Source of the DNA: Candidatus Magasanikiibacteriota bacterium
Lineage (GTDB): Bacteria > Patescibacteriota > Patescibacteriia > Magasanikbacterales > UBA922
Direction of reading: 5' to 3'
Length of the DNA: 64,000 nt
Assembly (NCBI GenBank): GCA_043825135.1
Contig: JBDRSF010000066.1
Span: 6,355 to 70,354 of the forward strand
Of this stretch, positions 52,650-63,862 are shown piece by piece. The notes beneath the pieces were generated by a model. That model saw only the letters and a program-made list of their open reading frames with translations, was not told the origin of the DNA and ran no database searches. The position numbers and the translations under genes are program-made. Each line of letters starts with the position of its first letter. Within the stretch, counting starts at the first letter, position 1.

Positions 52650-54068
52650 ATGCAATTAAATACTCTCACAATCAAACAATGCCACGATGGCCTTAAAAAA
52701 GGTGATTTTACTTCGGTAGAGCTCACTCAGGCTTGTTTGGCAAGAATAAAAAAGCGCAATAAAAAAATTAATGCGTTTATTTCGGTTTTTGAAAAAGAAG
52801 CATTAGAAGAAGCAAAAAAGGCTGATAAGCTGATAGCTGATGGCCGACAGCAGATTCTGACCGGTATTCCATTTGCCGTAAAAGATGCGATTAACACACT
52901 AGACAGGCGTTCTACTGGTGGTGGAAAAATTTTGGATAATTATATTTCACCTTATGAAGCAACTGTAATTAAAAAAATACGCGAACAGGGTGCGGTTTTA
53001 ATTGGAAAAACAAACTGCGATGCTTTTGGGCATGGTATTAGTACTGAGAATTCAATGTATGGGGTGACTAGGAATCCACATGATGAAACCAAGGTGGCTG
53101 GTGGTTCATCTGGTGGTTCAGCCGCTTCAGTGGCAGATAACCAGTGTATTTTTTCAATTGCTGAAGATACTGGTGGTTCAATCCGCCAGCCAGCTAGTTT
53201 TTGTGGTATTGTTGGTTTACGTCCTAGTTATGGACGCAATTCTCGTTATGGTATTATGCCAATGTCCAGTTCACTGGACACGGTTGGCCCAATGGCAAAG
53301 ACAGTAGAGGATATTGCTATTTTAATGGAAATTATGGCTGGTCAAGATCTTAAAGATGCCACCACAGCTCATGATAAAGTGCCCAAATATACTAAAGAAA
53401 TTAATAAGAAAATTAAAGGAATCAAAATTGGTATTCCCAAAGAATATTTTGAACTTAAGGGAATGGATCAAGAAGTTAAGGAGATTGTTGAAAGTAAGAT
53501 TAAAGGATTGGTCAAAGCAGGAGCTAAATTGATAGAAGTTTCTTTGCCTCATACAAAATATGCCATTCCTGCTTATTATATTATTGTACCAAGTGAGGAT
53601 AGTTCTAATTTGGGGAGATTAGATGGAGTTCGTTATGGTGTACAAGCAAAGCACAAAACTCTTTATGATGTTTATGCTAAATCGCGTGCTCAGGGTTTTC
53701 CTGAAGAAGTAAAGAGAAGAATAATGATTGGCACCTATGCTTTGTCAGCAGGGTACTATGATGCATATTATCGCAAAGCTCAAAAAGTACGCACTTTAAT
53801 TAAACAAGATTTTGATCGAGTATTCGAACAGGTAGATGTATTGGTCACCCCAACTGTTCCATTTCCCGCTTTTGGTGTAGGGGAAAAGAAAAATGATATT
53901 TTAGCTATGTATTTAGCAGATGTTTTTAATGCTCCAGTATCAATAGCAGGGATACCATGTATTTCAGTCCCAGCTGGAAAAACTAAAAAAGGTCTGCTAG
54001 TTGGATTACAAATTATTGGGAAGAGGTTGGATGAGGAGACAGTTTTGCAATTAGCAAGCTTGGTTTAA
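52650..54068 (+). CDS. gatA: Asp/Glu-tRNA amidotransferase subunit A
   Basis: GGSSGGSAA, DTGGSIRQPA, EVKRRIMIGTYALSAGYYDAYY. Confidence 0.97.
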   Translation: MQLNTLTIKQCHDGLKKGDFTSVELTQACLARIKKRNKKINAFISVFEKEALEEAKKADKLIADGRQQILTGIPFAVKDAINTLDRRSTGGGKILDNYISPYEATVIKKIREQGAVLIGKTNCDAFGHGISTENSMYGVTRNPHDETKVAGGSSGGSAASVADNQCIFSIAEDTGGSIRQPASFCGIVGLRPSYGRNSRYGIMPMSSSLDTVGPMAKTVEDIAILMEIMAGQDLKDATTAHDKVPKYTKEINKKIKGIKIGIPKEYFELKGMDQEVKEIVESKIKGLVKAGAKLIEVSLPHTKYAIPAYYIIVPSEDSSNLGRLDGVRYGVQAKHKTLYDVYAKSRAQGFPEEVKRRIMIGTYALSAGYYDAYYRKAQKVRTLIKQDFDRVFEQVDVLVTPTVPFPAFGVGEKKNDILAMYLADVFNAPVSIAGIPCISVPAGKTKKGLLVGLQIIGKRLDEETVLQLASLV

Positions 54069-54202
54069 AATAAGGAAAATACTTATCCACAGTTTAAAAA
54101 AAATATCTTAAAAAGTTAGTAACAAAGTTTATTTTGTGATATAATAATCTAGGTAGTATTAATTTCTTTACTAATCAAATTATATTTATTTAACATATAT
54201 AT

Positions 54203-56149
54203 ATGAAAAAAACAAATCCAATTTTTAAAGAAAGAAAAGAAAGAATTGAACAAGTTTTCTTTTCTCTTTTTTGTTTAATCTTTTTTGTCTTTAGTCTTTT
54301 TTCGCTTTTTCGTTTAGCTGGTTTTGTTTATGCAGCTATACCTCTTGATTCGACAAATTTAACTGTTACTAATGTTACAATTTCTTCAATAAGTATTACT
54401 TGGTTAGATAATGCAACTGATGAAGATGGTTTTATTATTGGGTGGTCTACAGATGGGGTGGATTTTGATACCACATCTACTACTATAACTTCAAGTACTG
54501 ATCCAGTATTTCCAGGTATTGGTCTTTCTACTGGCACAATGCAATTTAATTCGGTAAATTTAGTAACAAATACTTCTTATTGGTACAGGGTAGCCGCTTA
54601 TAATGCTTCAGGTACTTCTGCTTATGTAACAACAACTGAGGCTACATATACTCTAGCTAATACAGCTGACACACCAACCATTGGCACACCAACTACCAGT
54701 ACTTTACCAATTACAATTAATGTAAATTCTAATCCAGCTGCTACCACTTATGCAGTCTACAACTCAACTGACAGTAATTATCTAGACGCAAACGGAGCAT
54801 CAACCAGCACTGCAGTTTACAGCACCACCTCAACATTAGGTGCCAGTTTTGCCGCTACTGGATTATCTATCAACACTGCTTACCAGTTCACTGTAGTTGC
54901 AAGAAATGGTGATTCTGTGCTTGCTGCCACATCAACTGCGAGTACAGCTGTCTATACAGTTGCTAACATACCTTCATCAGTCTCAGCCATAACTGATTCA
55001 ACCACTCAAATCACTCTTACTTGGTCAGGTGATGCTTCTAAATATTATGCAGAAAATACAACTGCCAGCACTACCTCTGGCTGGATCAGTGCCACTTCTT
55101 CTAGCTTTACAAGTCTAACTTGTGGAACCAGTTATACCTTTCGAGTGAAAGGTAGAAATGGTGACGAAGTAGAAACAGCTTATGCTAGTTCAGTAAGTGC
55201 TACGACTAGTGATTGTCCAGCTACCCCATCTTCTAATACTGGTGTACCGGCGCCTGTCAGCACTCCACCTACACAAAAATCAGGACAACCAGTCATATCA
55301 CAAACAAGTAATAATACTATTAAATTTAATATAGAAAATGCCATAGAAATGGCAGTGTCAACTGATTCTGACTTTATTAATTCTTCTTTTGAAAGCTATA
55401 CTAACACCCTAGATATTTCTGATTATACAAACGGACAAACAATATATATTAAATTCAGATCAGATAATGGAGGAACATACACAATTACATATGTGATAGG
55501 TGAGGAACAGGAAACTATACAAGATACGAACGAAGCCACCACCTGCTCTCTAACTGAAAAACAAGTCTACAAACACCCAGCCTCAACAGCTGTCTACTAC
55601 ATCACCGAAGACTGCACTAAACGCGCTTTTAGCCGTTCAGACGTCTTCTTCACCTACTTTCACTCATGGAACGATGTAAAGACTACTACCAAGACTAAAT
55701 TAGATTCTATCACTAATGACACTCTAGGCTTCATGCCTTGGGGACCAAATTATGATCCTAAGTACGGTGCTCTAGTCAAGATAGTAACTGATCCAAAAGT
55801 ATACCTACTTCTTAACACAGAGAAGTATTGGATTACTTCTGAAGCAGTCTTCACAGCCCTTAAATACTCTTGGAACTGGATCGAAGATGTGGCTACTGAC
55901 TTACTAGATAAATATATAGTAGGAAGTGAGATAACCTATACTAATCACCATCCAAACTATACTCTAATTAAATACAAAGACAATAATAAAGTATACAGAC
56001 TAGAACCTGATCCAACAGACACTAATACCCAACTAAAACGTTGGATAACAGACGAAGCAACATTCAATTCTTTGAACTTTAGATGGGATAGAATTGTTAT
56101 CGTTGATGATAGTGAGGTTTATGAGATGGGAAATAATTTAGTGCAATAA
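54203..56149 (+). CDS. Surface protein with fibronectin type III repeats and C-terminal repeat domain
   Basis: N-terminal TM/signal; W.DN...E.GF, L..NT.Y.YRV.A.N; C-terminal KVY...K.WI..E..F..L...W..I units. Confidence 0.82.
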   Translation: MKKTNPIFKERKERIEQVFFSLFCLIFFVFSLFSLFRLAGFVYAAIPLDSTNLTVTNVTISSISITWLDNATDEDGFIIGWSTDGVDFDTTSTTITSSTDPVFPGIGLSTGTMQFNSVNLVTNTSYWYRVAAYNASGTSAYVTTTEATYTLANTADTPTIGTPTTSTLPITINVNSNPAATTYAVYNSTDSNYLDANGASTSTAVYSTTSTLGASFAATGLSINTAYQFTVVARNGDSVLAATSTASTAVYTVANIPSSVSAITDSTTQITLTWSGDASKYYAENTTASTTSGWISATSSSFTSLTCGTSYTFRVKGRNGDEVETAYASSVSATTSDCPATPSSNTGVPAPVSTPPTQKSGQPVISQTSNNTIKFNIENAIEMAVSTDSDFINSSFESYTNTLDISDYTNGQTIYIKFRSDNGGTYTITYVIGEEQETIQDTNEATTCSLTEKQVYKHPASTAVYYITEDCTKRAFSRSDVFFTYFHSWNDVKTTTKTKLDSITNDTLGFMPWGPNYDPKYGALVKIVTDPKVYLLLNTEKYWITSEAVFTALKYSWNWIEDVATDLLDKYIVGSEITYTNHHPNYTLIKYKDNNKVYRLEPDPTDTNTQLKRWITDEATFNSLNFRWDRIVIVDDSEVYEMGNNLVQ

Positions 56150-56275
56150 AAAAACATATCCACAGATAAAAGTAAAAAGGGCTTCTCAGCCCTTTTTATT
56201 AATTCAAAAAAATGGTAAAATATATTTATCAACTGGTGTTAACCAGACTTTTGTTGTTATACGAAAATATAATTT

Positions 56276-59200
56276 ATGATTTCGTGGTTAAGTTACAAAG
56301 TCAATCAAAAATTTGATAGAAATATTATAAAGTCAAAACAGAAAATGTACCTGATGTTTAGTTTCCTGTTTTTGTTTTTTGTGGTTTTTTATGTTGCCAT
56401 TTTTTCTTTAGTTCCTTCTGGAAATATTGTAGACATTACTCAAGCCGGTGGTACAGCGAATTGGATTGGTGTTTCTGGTGGTGATTGGGGTACTGGTACT
56501 AATTGGGATATTGGTGTGGTTCCGACTTCTACAACTATTGTAAATATTTCTAGCTCTACTGCTATTACTGTTAATGTTACTGCTAATATTAGTTTTGATA
56601 CTTTAAATATTGGAGGAAGTTCTGCTCTTAATACTTTGGTTTTGACTGCTGATATTACAGAAGGTATTGCTATTAATATAAATAATAATGGAATAATCCA
56701 GCAAAAAAATTCTAATACTCAGACTATTACGGGTGATCTAACAATTAACTCAGGTGGTAAATTGACTCATACTGACAATTCAACATCACAACTTTATAAA
56801 GTGGATTTTTCTGTAGCAAACGCCATAATTAATTCTGGTGGTTTTGTTAATGTTAATGGATTGGGTTTTGATGGTAGTGTAAATGAAATTATAGATGGTT
56901 ATGGTACGGGCGGTGGTCAGTCAACAGGTGATGACCTTACTGCTGGCGGTGGTGGTGCTGGGCATTTTGGTAATGGTGGTAGTGGCCAAGGTAGTTTTGC
57001 TGGAGGTGTTGGATATGGAGATATTTCTAGTATTTCAACCATAGGTTCTGGCGGTGGTTCTGCTTATAATAATGCTCTTGGTGGATCTGGTGGTGGTCTT
57101 ATAATTTTAAATGCTAGTGGAGATATAACTATTAGTGGTGCTATTAGTGCGACTGGTAGTAATGGTGCAGTAGCAATAGATCAAGCTAATGGAGCTGGTG
57201 GCGGAGCTGGTGGTGGAATAAAATTGGTTGCTGATTCTTTTATAGGTACTCCAACTAGTCTAACTGCAATTGGTGGAAATGGTGGTGATAGTACTAGAGA
57301 TGGTGGCGGTGGCGGTGGCGGTGGTGTTTATTTGGAATACACTACTGCTAATAGCATTAATTATTCTGGAGTAAATATGTATGGTGGTGTTGGTGAACAA
57401 TATGGCGGTGCTGGTGTTTTATTAATAAAACAAATTGGAGGAAATACTGATCTTTATTCTATTAATCAGGCAGTGTCAGGAGCTGATACTATTCAAGGTA
57501 CAACTAGCTTATCAATCGATTCTCTTACTTTAGCAAGTTCTTCAATATATATAGTTACTTCTACAAAATCTCTAACTATTTCAAGTACTACTTTAAATTC
57601 TGTTATTGATGCTACTGGTATTTTGGAAATAACCGGAGGAACATTAGTAACACCCACGACGCTTAATGTAAATAGTACTACTTTAAGATTTTGGCAAACT
57701 TCTACTTGGGCCGATTCAGAAACTGTGGATTTAAATATTAATAATAGTGCAATTTTAGATTTGTGTTATTTTAATACGACCACTAGCGCACTTGTATTAG
57801 ATGATTTAGTAGTAAATAGTGGTGGTACTATTACTCATGGTGCACATACCGATTTAAGAGATGAACAGACTCATATTGTAAAGATAAATGCTAATAATAT
57901 TACGATTAATTTAGGTGGTACTGTTACGGCCGATGCTAAGGGTTATGCTGGAGGTTATAGTGAGGGTGGGGATGGTTATGGTCTAGGACCGGGATTAGGT
58001 GGTTCAGTTGCTGGTCCTTATATAGGTAGTGGTGGTGCTCATTGTGGTGATGGTGCTGATACAGATTTAGACGGTGGTATATTATATTGTGAAAGATCTA
58101 GTCCTATTACTATGGGTTCTGGTGGTGGTGGTGATTATAGTGGTAATTACGGTGGTTCAGGAGGGGGTTTAATTCAGCTTGTCGCAACTAGTACGATTAA
58201 TATCTCTGGTATTATTACAGCCGATGGTGGTAATGGAGAAGGTGGTTGGCAAGAAGGTGCCGGTGGTGGTGCCGGTGGTGCAATTAGTATTTCAGCGGTT
58301 ACTATTTCTGGTACACCAACTAGTTTGTCGGTTTCTGGTGGTGATGGTGGTGTTGACTCATACAACAGTGCTAATAATGGTGGCGGTGGCGGTGGTGGTC
58401 TTTTGTATATTGCATATATTTATCCCATTTCAATTACCACATCCTCGCCTTTCGTTGATTTAAGTGCTGGTTCTTTTGGTACTGGTGCCGGTGTTGGAGC
58501 GCTTACCACAGTTTCAAATAACAATTTACCAATAGCCACAGCAATTTCACCATATCAGTCATCAAGTAGTTATGTTACTGTTACTACTACAGTTTCCGAT
58601 ACAGATTCTGATGTGACTAGTTTAACACTACAATATTCTTTAGATAATTCTGCATGGGCGACGTCAACTTTAGGCACTGTTATACCTAGTTTTGGTACGG
58701 TTAGCACTACAAATGGTTCAATCACTGGTATTGATACAGATGCAACCAGTTCAGTAGGTCTCACAATAAAATGGAATATAGAAACTGACATAACTAATAC
58801 TGATGATACTACAGTATATTTTCGTTTAACTCCAAATGATGGTATAGACGACGGTACAACAGTGAGTTCGAGTGCTTTTGCAGTTGACACCAAAGATCCA
58901 ACTACGCCTGGGGATTTAACAGTTAATACTTTGACTAATAGTTCAGTTATTTTAAATTTTGGCACTACTACTACAGACACAAATTTTTCTGAATATAAAA
59001 TATTTTATAAAGAAGGTGCAAGTGGGGTTGATGTAACTGATAGTGCCCTTACTTCTTCTACGGATTCAAATTTGGGAAATGTTTTGTATGGTGGTGCCAG
59101 TACTACTACTATTTCTGGTTTGTCTGCTAATACTCAATATGTAGCTAATATAGTTGCCTACGATTTATGGGATGGAATAGGAGTTGCCACTGAGTTTAGT

Positions 59201-61471
59201 TTTTATACTTTAGCATCTACACTCTCTAGTGTGTCGGCTCTGACTAATTCAGCTTCTCAAATTACTATTTCTTGGTCTGGTGATGCTACTCAGTATTATG
59301 TAGAAAATATAACAGCTGGAACTAATTCCGGCTGGACTTCTGCGAGTTCCTATGCATTTACTAGTCTTACTGCAAATACTCTATATTCTTTTAGGGTAAA
59401 AGCTAAGAATGCTGGAGGCACCGAAACTAGTTGGTCTAGTACTGTCTCGGCTACTACACAGAGTTCTGGAGTTCCAATTCCGTCACCTCCACCTCCTCCA
59501 CCACCCAAACCAGACCCACAATGTCTTCCAGGTGATTTAAGTTGCCAACCAGATCCAGAAAATCCGAGTGGTTTAGTAATTATTAATAATGGTGATTCTT
59601 TTACCTTAACTCGTGATGTTTCAGTGTGTTTTTTGGATTTGTCCTTTGTAAATAAATATTTATTATCTGAAGATGCTACTTTTTCTGATGTATTAAACTA
59701 TAATGATTTGCCAGCAGGGCAGTCATGTGTAAATTATTCTATAACCAGTCAAGGTGATGGTAAAAAGACAATTTATGCACGATTATTAAATCAAAGTAAA
59801 GGGACTGTTTATAATACCAGTGATGTAATTAATTTAGTAACTGCTCCTCCTACAGGAAAGGTAACTATAAATAACGGCGATGCAAAAACATCTAGTAATA
59901 TTGTTATATTAAAAGCTTATGAAATAAAAAATGCTAATTATTTTGCTTACTCTATTAAAAATATTTTCACATCTTTTCCGGGTGTGACTGTAGGTTCTAC
60001 TAAACAGGTATTTGTAACATTACCCAAAGGACAATATGGGGAAAAGACTATTTATGTACGATTGAAAAATGAATTTGGTGATACTTTTTTATCAGATAGT
60101 ATTAATTATGTTCCTGCACCAGACGAAGAAGAACCAGAATTACCACCGGAAGAACCAACAGGACCAGAACAACCAACTAAACCAGAAGTTCCAGTTCCTG
60201 ATCAGCCTAATCCAACCGAGCCTGATGGAGGATCAGATGATTCTCCTAGTGATCAGCCAGCTGGTGGATCTTCCAATCCAACCACACCTCCAACTAATCC
60301 TATAAGTCCAGTTTTACCAACCACACCAATAGTTGATGAAGAAATAAACACAAAACCTTCTTTTACAGAAAAAGCTATCGCCAAAGTTACAGAAAAAGCT
60401 CCAGCCACTACTCTAGTTGTTCAAAAAACTATTAAAACCATTCAAAAATTTACTGACAACCCACAAGTTGAAGCCACTAATGAACAAATAATTGCTCCTG
60501 TTATAGCTGGGGCCGGAGTGGCCAATGTGATTGCCAGTGTCGCTGTTGGTGGTTTTCAAATTCCTCAAATGCTATTATTTCTTCGCTATCTTTTCACTCA
60601 GCCATTACTTCTTCTTCGCCTACGCAAACGCAAAGACTGGGGGATAGTTTACAATTCTTTTACCAAACAACCACTTGATTTAGCCACGGTTAGAATTATT
60701 GATACTTTATCCAATCGAGTTGTCAGTTCACAGGTCACTGATTCTCAAGGTAGATATTTAATTTCAATAATCCCAGGCACCTACAAGTTAGAAATTACTA
60801 AACCAGGTTTTGCTAGTTTTAGTTCTCATCTAGCTGAAGCAAAAGAGGATTCCAAATTTATTAATCTTTATCATGGTGAAGAAATATCCATTTCAGAACC
60901 CTCAGCTATTAACTACAACATCCCAATTGACCCCGAAGATAGGAAATTGACAACTTTGCAAGTCATAAAAGAACACACTATAAAATCCACCCAAAGTATT
61001 ATTGCCCTTACTGGCCTTATCATTACTTTGATATCTTTTACCATTTCTCCAACTGCCATTATTGCTACTTTCTTCTTTTTACACTTGCTTTTCTACTCCA
61101 TGTTCTACCGTTTCTCTCATATAGATCTGCCTGCCACTTGGGGTAAGGTAGTAGAAAAACTAAATCAAAAACCACTCGGCAAAGTCGTTATTAGAGTTTT
61201 TGATAGTGCCTACAACAAGTTAGTTGAGACTGGTGTCACCGATCATAAGGGAAGATACGCTGTCCTAGTTGGACCTTCTAAATATTTCATTACCTATGAC
61301 AAACCCGGATTTCAAGAAAAGAAATCACCTGAACTAGATTATTCATCAACTAAAACTCAAGGTATGGGTGGGATTGTTAATCGGAGTGAAACGATGGAGC
61401 GTAAACAGAACATGGAAAGCACGGAAAGCACGGAATTAAAGGAAGATAAGGAAGACAGAAATGATAAATGA
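56276..61471 (+). CDS. Giant Gly-rich surface/adhesin-like protein with Fn3, Pro-rich stalk and membrane-anchored carboxypeptidase-regulatory-like domains
   Basis: GGxGGGxIxL..I.A.G repeats, Fn3 motifs, PPPPPP linker, WG.V..TD..GRY..PG.Y domains either side of a TM hairpin. Confidence 0.82.
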   Translation: MISWLSYKVNQKFDRNIIKSKQKMYLMFSFLFLFFVVFYVAIFSLVPSGNIVDITQAGGTANWIGVSGGDWGTGTNWDIGVVPTSTTIVNISSSTAITVNVTANISFDTLNIGGSSALNTLVLTADITEGIAININNNGIIQQKNSNTQTITGDLTINSGGKLTHTDNSTSQLYKVDFSVANAIINSGGFVNVNGLGFDGSVNEIIDGYGTGGGQSTGDDLTAGGGGAGHFGNGGSGQGSFAGGVGYGDISSISTIGSGGGSAYNNALGGSGGGLIILNASGDITISGAISATGSNGAVAIDQANGAGGGAGGGIKLVADSFIGTPTSLTAIGGNGGDSTRDGGGGGGGGVYLEYTTANSINYSGVNMYGGVGEQYGGAGVLLIKQIGGNTDLYSINQAVSGADTIQGTTSLSIDSLTLASSSIYIVTSTKSLTISSTTLNSVIDATGILEITGGTLVTPTTLNVNSTTLRFWQTSTWADSETVDLNINNSAILDLCYFNTTTSALVLDDLVVNSGGTITHGAHTDLRDEQTHIVKINANNITINLGGTVTADAKGYAGGYSEGGDGYGLGPGLGGSVAGPYIGSGGAHCGDGADTDLDGGILYCERSSPITMGSGGGGDYSGNYGGSGGGLIQLVATSTINISGIITADGGNGEGGWQEGAGGGAGGAISISAVTISGTPTSLSVSGGDGGVDSYNSANNGGGGGGGLLYIAYIYPISITTSSPFVDLSAGSFGTGAGVGALTTVSNNNLPIATAISPYQSSSSYVTVTTTVSDTDSDVTSLTLQYSLDNSAWATSTLGTVIPSFGTVSTTNGSITGIDTDATSSVGLTIKWNIETDITNTDDTTVYFRLTPNDGIDDGTTVSSSAFAVDTKDPTTPGDLTVNTLTNSSVILNFGTTTTDTNFSEYKIFYKEGASGVDVTDSALTSSTDSNLGNVLYGGASTTTISGLSANTQYVANIVAYDLWDGIGVATEFSFYTLASTLSSVSALTNSASQITISWSGDATQYYVENITAGTNSGWTSASSYAFTSLTANTLYSFRVKAKNAGGTETSWSSTVSATTQSSGVPIPSPPPPPPPKPDPQCLPGDLSCQPDPENPSGLVIINNGDSFTLTRDVSVCFLDLSFVNKYLLSEDATFSDVLNYNDLPAGQSCVNYSITSQGDGKKTIYARLLNQSKGTVYNTSDVINLVTAPPTGKVTINNGDAKTSSNIVILKAYEIKNANYFAYSIKNIFTSFPGVTVGSTKQVFVTLPKGQYGEKTIYVRLKNEFGDTFLSDSINYVPAPDEEEPELPPEEPTGPEQPTKPEVPVPDQPNPTEPDGGSDDSPSDQPAGGSSNPTTPPTNPISPVLPTTPIVDEEINTKPSFTEKAIAKVTEKAPATTLVVQKTIKTIQKFTDNPQVEATNEQIIAPVIAGAGVANVIASVAVGGFQIPQMLLFLRYLFTQPLLLLRLRKRKDWGIVYNSFTKQPLDLATVRIIDTLSNRVVSSQVTDSQGRYLISIIPGTYKLEITKPGFASFSSHLAEAKEDSKFINLYHGEEISISEPSAINYNIPIDPEDRKLTTLQVIKEHTIKSTQSIIALTGLIITLISFTISPTAIIATFFFLHLLFYSMFYRFSHIDLPATWGKVVEKLNQKPLGKVVIRVFDSAYNKLVETGVTDHKGRYAVLVGPSKYFITYDKPGFQEKKSPELDYSSTKTQGMGGIVNRSETMERKQNMESTESTELKEDKEDRNDK

Positions 61472-61507
61472 TAATTTACTAAATACTTTTAATTTTGATT
61501 AAAACCT

Positions 61508-62860
61508 ATGCTTCCAGAAGAAATAAAAAAAATAGAACAACTTGGTGACAAAGATTTTACCTATAGTCAGACTACTATTACAGATTTTCGCGAATCATGG
61601 CGAATATTTCGTATTATGGCTGAATTTGTTGAAGGCTATAATTTTTTAGCGAAATTTAAAAACGAGGTAACAATTTTGGGCTCAGCTCGATTGGCAGAAG
61701 ATAGTAAATATTGTTTAGAAGCCAGAGAATTAGGAAAAATGCTAGCAGAAAATGGTTTCACTACGATAACTGGTGGTGGTCCTGGTATAATGGAATCAGC
61801 CAACCATGGGGCATATGAGGGTAAGGGTGAGTCAATTGGGTTGAATATTCAATTGCCTTTTGAACAGCGGATCAACCCCTATGTGACTAAATCAACTGCT
61901 TTTTATTATTTTTTTACTCGCAAAGTCATGTTGACTTCACCAGCCAATGCTTTTGTATATTTCCCTGGTGGTTTTGGTACAATGGATGAGTTTTTTGAAG
62001 TAGTAGATCTTATGGAGTTAAATAAAATGCAAAAAGTGCCGATAGTATTGGTAGGTAAAGAGTTTTGGTCGCCACTTATAAAGTTTTTAAAAGATAAATC
62101 ACTCAAAATCGGCGCTATTAATGTTGAACATTTTAAATTTTGGAAAATAGTAGATACAGCTGAAGAAGCTTTTGAATTAATAAAAGACTCCAAAGATAAA
62201 GTGAGTGATACGTGTGAGTTAGATCCACAGAACTTTCATTGTCAGCAAAAAATTGATTGGAAAATTTTCCGAATCATGGCTGAATTAGTTGAAGGTTTTG
62301 AATTTTTGACTGGCTTAGGCAATGATGTAACTGTTTTGGGCACCAAAAGCATTAAACCAGATGATCAATTTTATATTGATGCTTATAATTTGGGCAAAAA
62401 ATTGGCTAAGAATAACTATGCGGCCATAACTGGCGGTGGTCCAGGTATTATGGAAGCGGTTAATAAGGGTGCATTTGAAAATGGTGGTGAGTCAATTGGT
62501 ATTAATATGCGCTATGGCTTCAAAGAAAGAGTTAATGCTTATGTAAAAAGATCAATTGGTTTTCAATTTCCTTTTAATCGCAAGTTAATTCTTACAGCAC
62601 CATCAAAGGCCTTTGTATTTTTTCCCGGTGGGTTTGGGACTTTACATCAGTTGTTTGAAGTTTTGACCCTTATGCAAACCAAAAAAGTGCCAATGATGCC
62701 GGTTATTTTATATAATCACAAATTTTGGGAACCATTACACCAGTTTATAAAACAAACCATGGTTCATAATCTGGAGACAATCAGTGATAAAGATGATGAA
62801 CTTTATCAAATTGTTGATGATGTTGATACGGCGATTGATTTAATAAATAAACATAAATAA
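61508..62860 (+). CDS. Tandem-duplicated LOG family (TIGR00730-like) nucleotide-binding protein
   Basis: Two copies of W.IFRIMAE.VEG, TGGGPGIME, FPGGFGT. Confidence 0.9.
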   Translation: MLPEEIKKIEQLGDKDFTYSQTTITDFRESWRIFRIMAEFVEGYNFLAKFKNEVTILGSARLAEDSKYCLEARELGKMLAENGFTTITGGGPGIMESANHGAYEGKGESIGLNIQLPFEQRINPYVTKSTAFYYFFTRKVMLTSPANAFVYFPGGFGTMDEFFEVVDLMELNKMQKVPIVLVGKEFWSPLIKFLKDKSLKIGAINVEHFKFWKIVDTAEEAFELIKDSKDKVSDTCELDPQNFHCQQKIDWKIFRIMAELVEGFEFLTGLGNDVTVLGTKSIKPDDQFYIDAYNLGKKLAKNNYAAITGGGPGIMEAVNKGAFENGGESIGINMRYGFKERVNAYVKRSIGFQFPFNRKLILTAPSKAFVFFPGGFGTLHQLFEVLTLMQTKKVPMMPVILYNHKFWEPLHQFIKQTMVHNLETISDKDDELYQIVDDVDTAIDLINKHK

Positions 62861-62963
62861 GGAGTAAATAATAAGGATTAATGACAGATGAGTGATGAGA
62901 AGTTTTGAACTTGACGGGCAGGTCTTTTTTTGTTATTATTGTTTGGAAAATATGGAAAGCTAT

Positions 62964-63048
62964 GGAGAGTTCGCATAGTGGTCGAGTGCGCCGCCTTGGA
63001 AAGGCGGTATATCGAAAGGTATCGGGAGTTCGAATCTCCCACTCTCCG
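62964..63048 (+). tRNA. tRNA-Ser(GGA), CCA not encoded
   Basis: GGAGAGT/ACTCTCC acceptor, CCGCC-TTGGAAA-GGCGG, long variable arm, GTTCGAATC. Confidence 0.95.
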
Positions 63049-63170
63049 CCGTTGCTACGCCGTAGCCCCAAAGGGCGTAGGCGAGAAGAGTGTGTTACAA
63101 TATTCATTCTTTAGCGAAATAAACAAAGAAGCTATGGCGTGATAAATCCGCCAGTCTTAATAATTTATTT

Positions 63171-63650
63171 ATGCCAAAATACACAGCAATCATACACACT
63201 TCAAAAGGAGATATAAAAATTAAACTAAACGAAAATCAGACACCAAAAACAGTAGAGAATTTTGTGACGCTTGCAAAAAAAGATTTTTATAATGACACCG
63301 TCTTTCATCGTGTGGTAAAAGACTTTATGATACAAGGTGGTTGTCCAGAAGGAACTGGTATTGGTGGGCCGGGCTATAAATTTGACGATGAGCCATTTAC
63401 TGGTGAATACACTCGCGGTACAGTAGCCATGGCCAATGCTGGTCCGAACACAAATGGTAGTCAGTTTTTTATCATGCACGCCGACGTTGCTTTGCCTAAA
63501 AATTATATTATTTTTGGAAAAGTTGAAGATGAATTAGATGCTCTAGATGCGATTGCCGACAGTGAAGTAGAGTTTAGTTTGATGGGGGAGTCGTCTAAGC
63601 CAGTTGAGCCTACAGTTGTTGAGAGTGTGGAAATAATTGAAAAGTTCTAG
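63171..63650 (+). CDS. Cyclophilin-type peptidyl-prolyl isomerase
   Basis: PKTVENF, FHRV..FMIQGG.P.G.G.GGPGY, AMANAGPNTNGSQFFI. Confidence 0.95.
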   Translation: MPKYTAIIHTSKGDIKIKLNENQTPKTVENFVTLAKKDFYNDTVFHRVVKDFMIQGGCPEGTGIGGPGYKFDDEPFTGEYTRGTVAMANAGPNTNGSQFFIMHADVALPKNYIIFGKVEDELDALDAIADSEVEFSLMGESSKPVEPTVVESVEIIEKF

Positions 63651-63862
63651 ACTGGCAAGAATGCTGGGGTAAGTGTCATTGCGCTGTGCCCGCCTTTGGA
63701 GGGGGTTCTAATTTGCATCGGGACGAAGCAATCCCAGCGGTTTTAAATTAAACGAGGGGATTGCCACGTGTCTTCCGCTGCGCTCCAGCACTCGCAATGA
63801 CACTTTCTCGCAATGACACCTATCTTTCTAAAATGATTTTAAGCATTTCAAGCTTTTATAAT

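Noticed and set aside
63049-63155. Another nuclease relic after tRNA-Ser
   Set aside because: Flanking hairpins look repeat-like, but the enclosed VCYNIHSLAK* is too weak to assign
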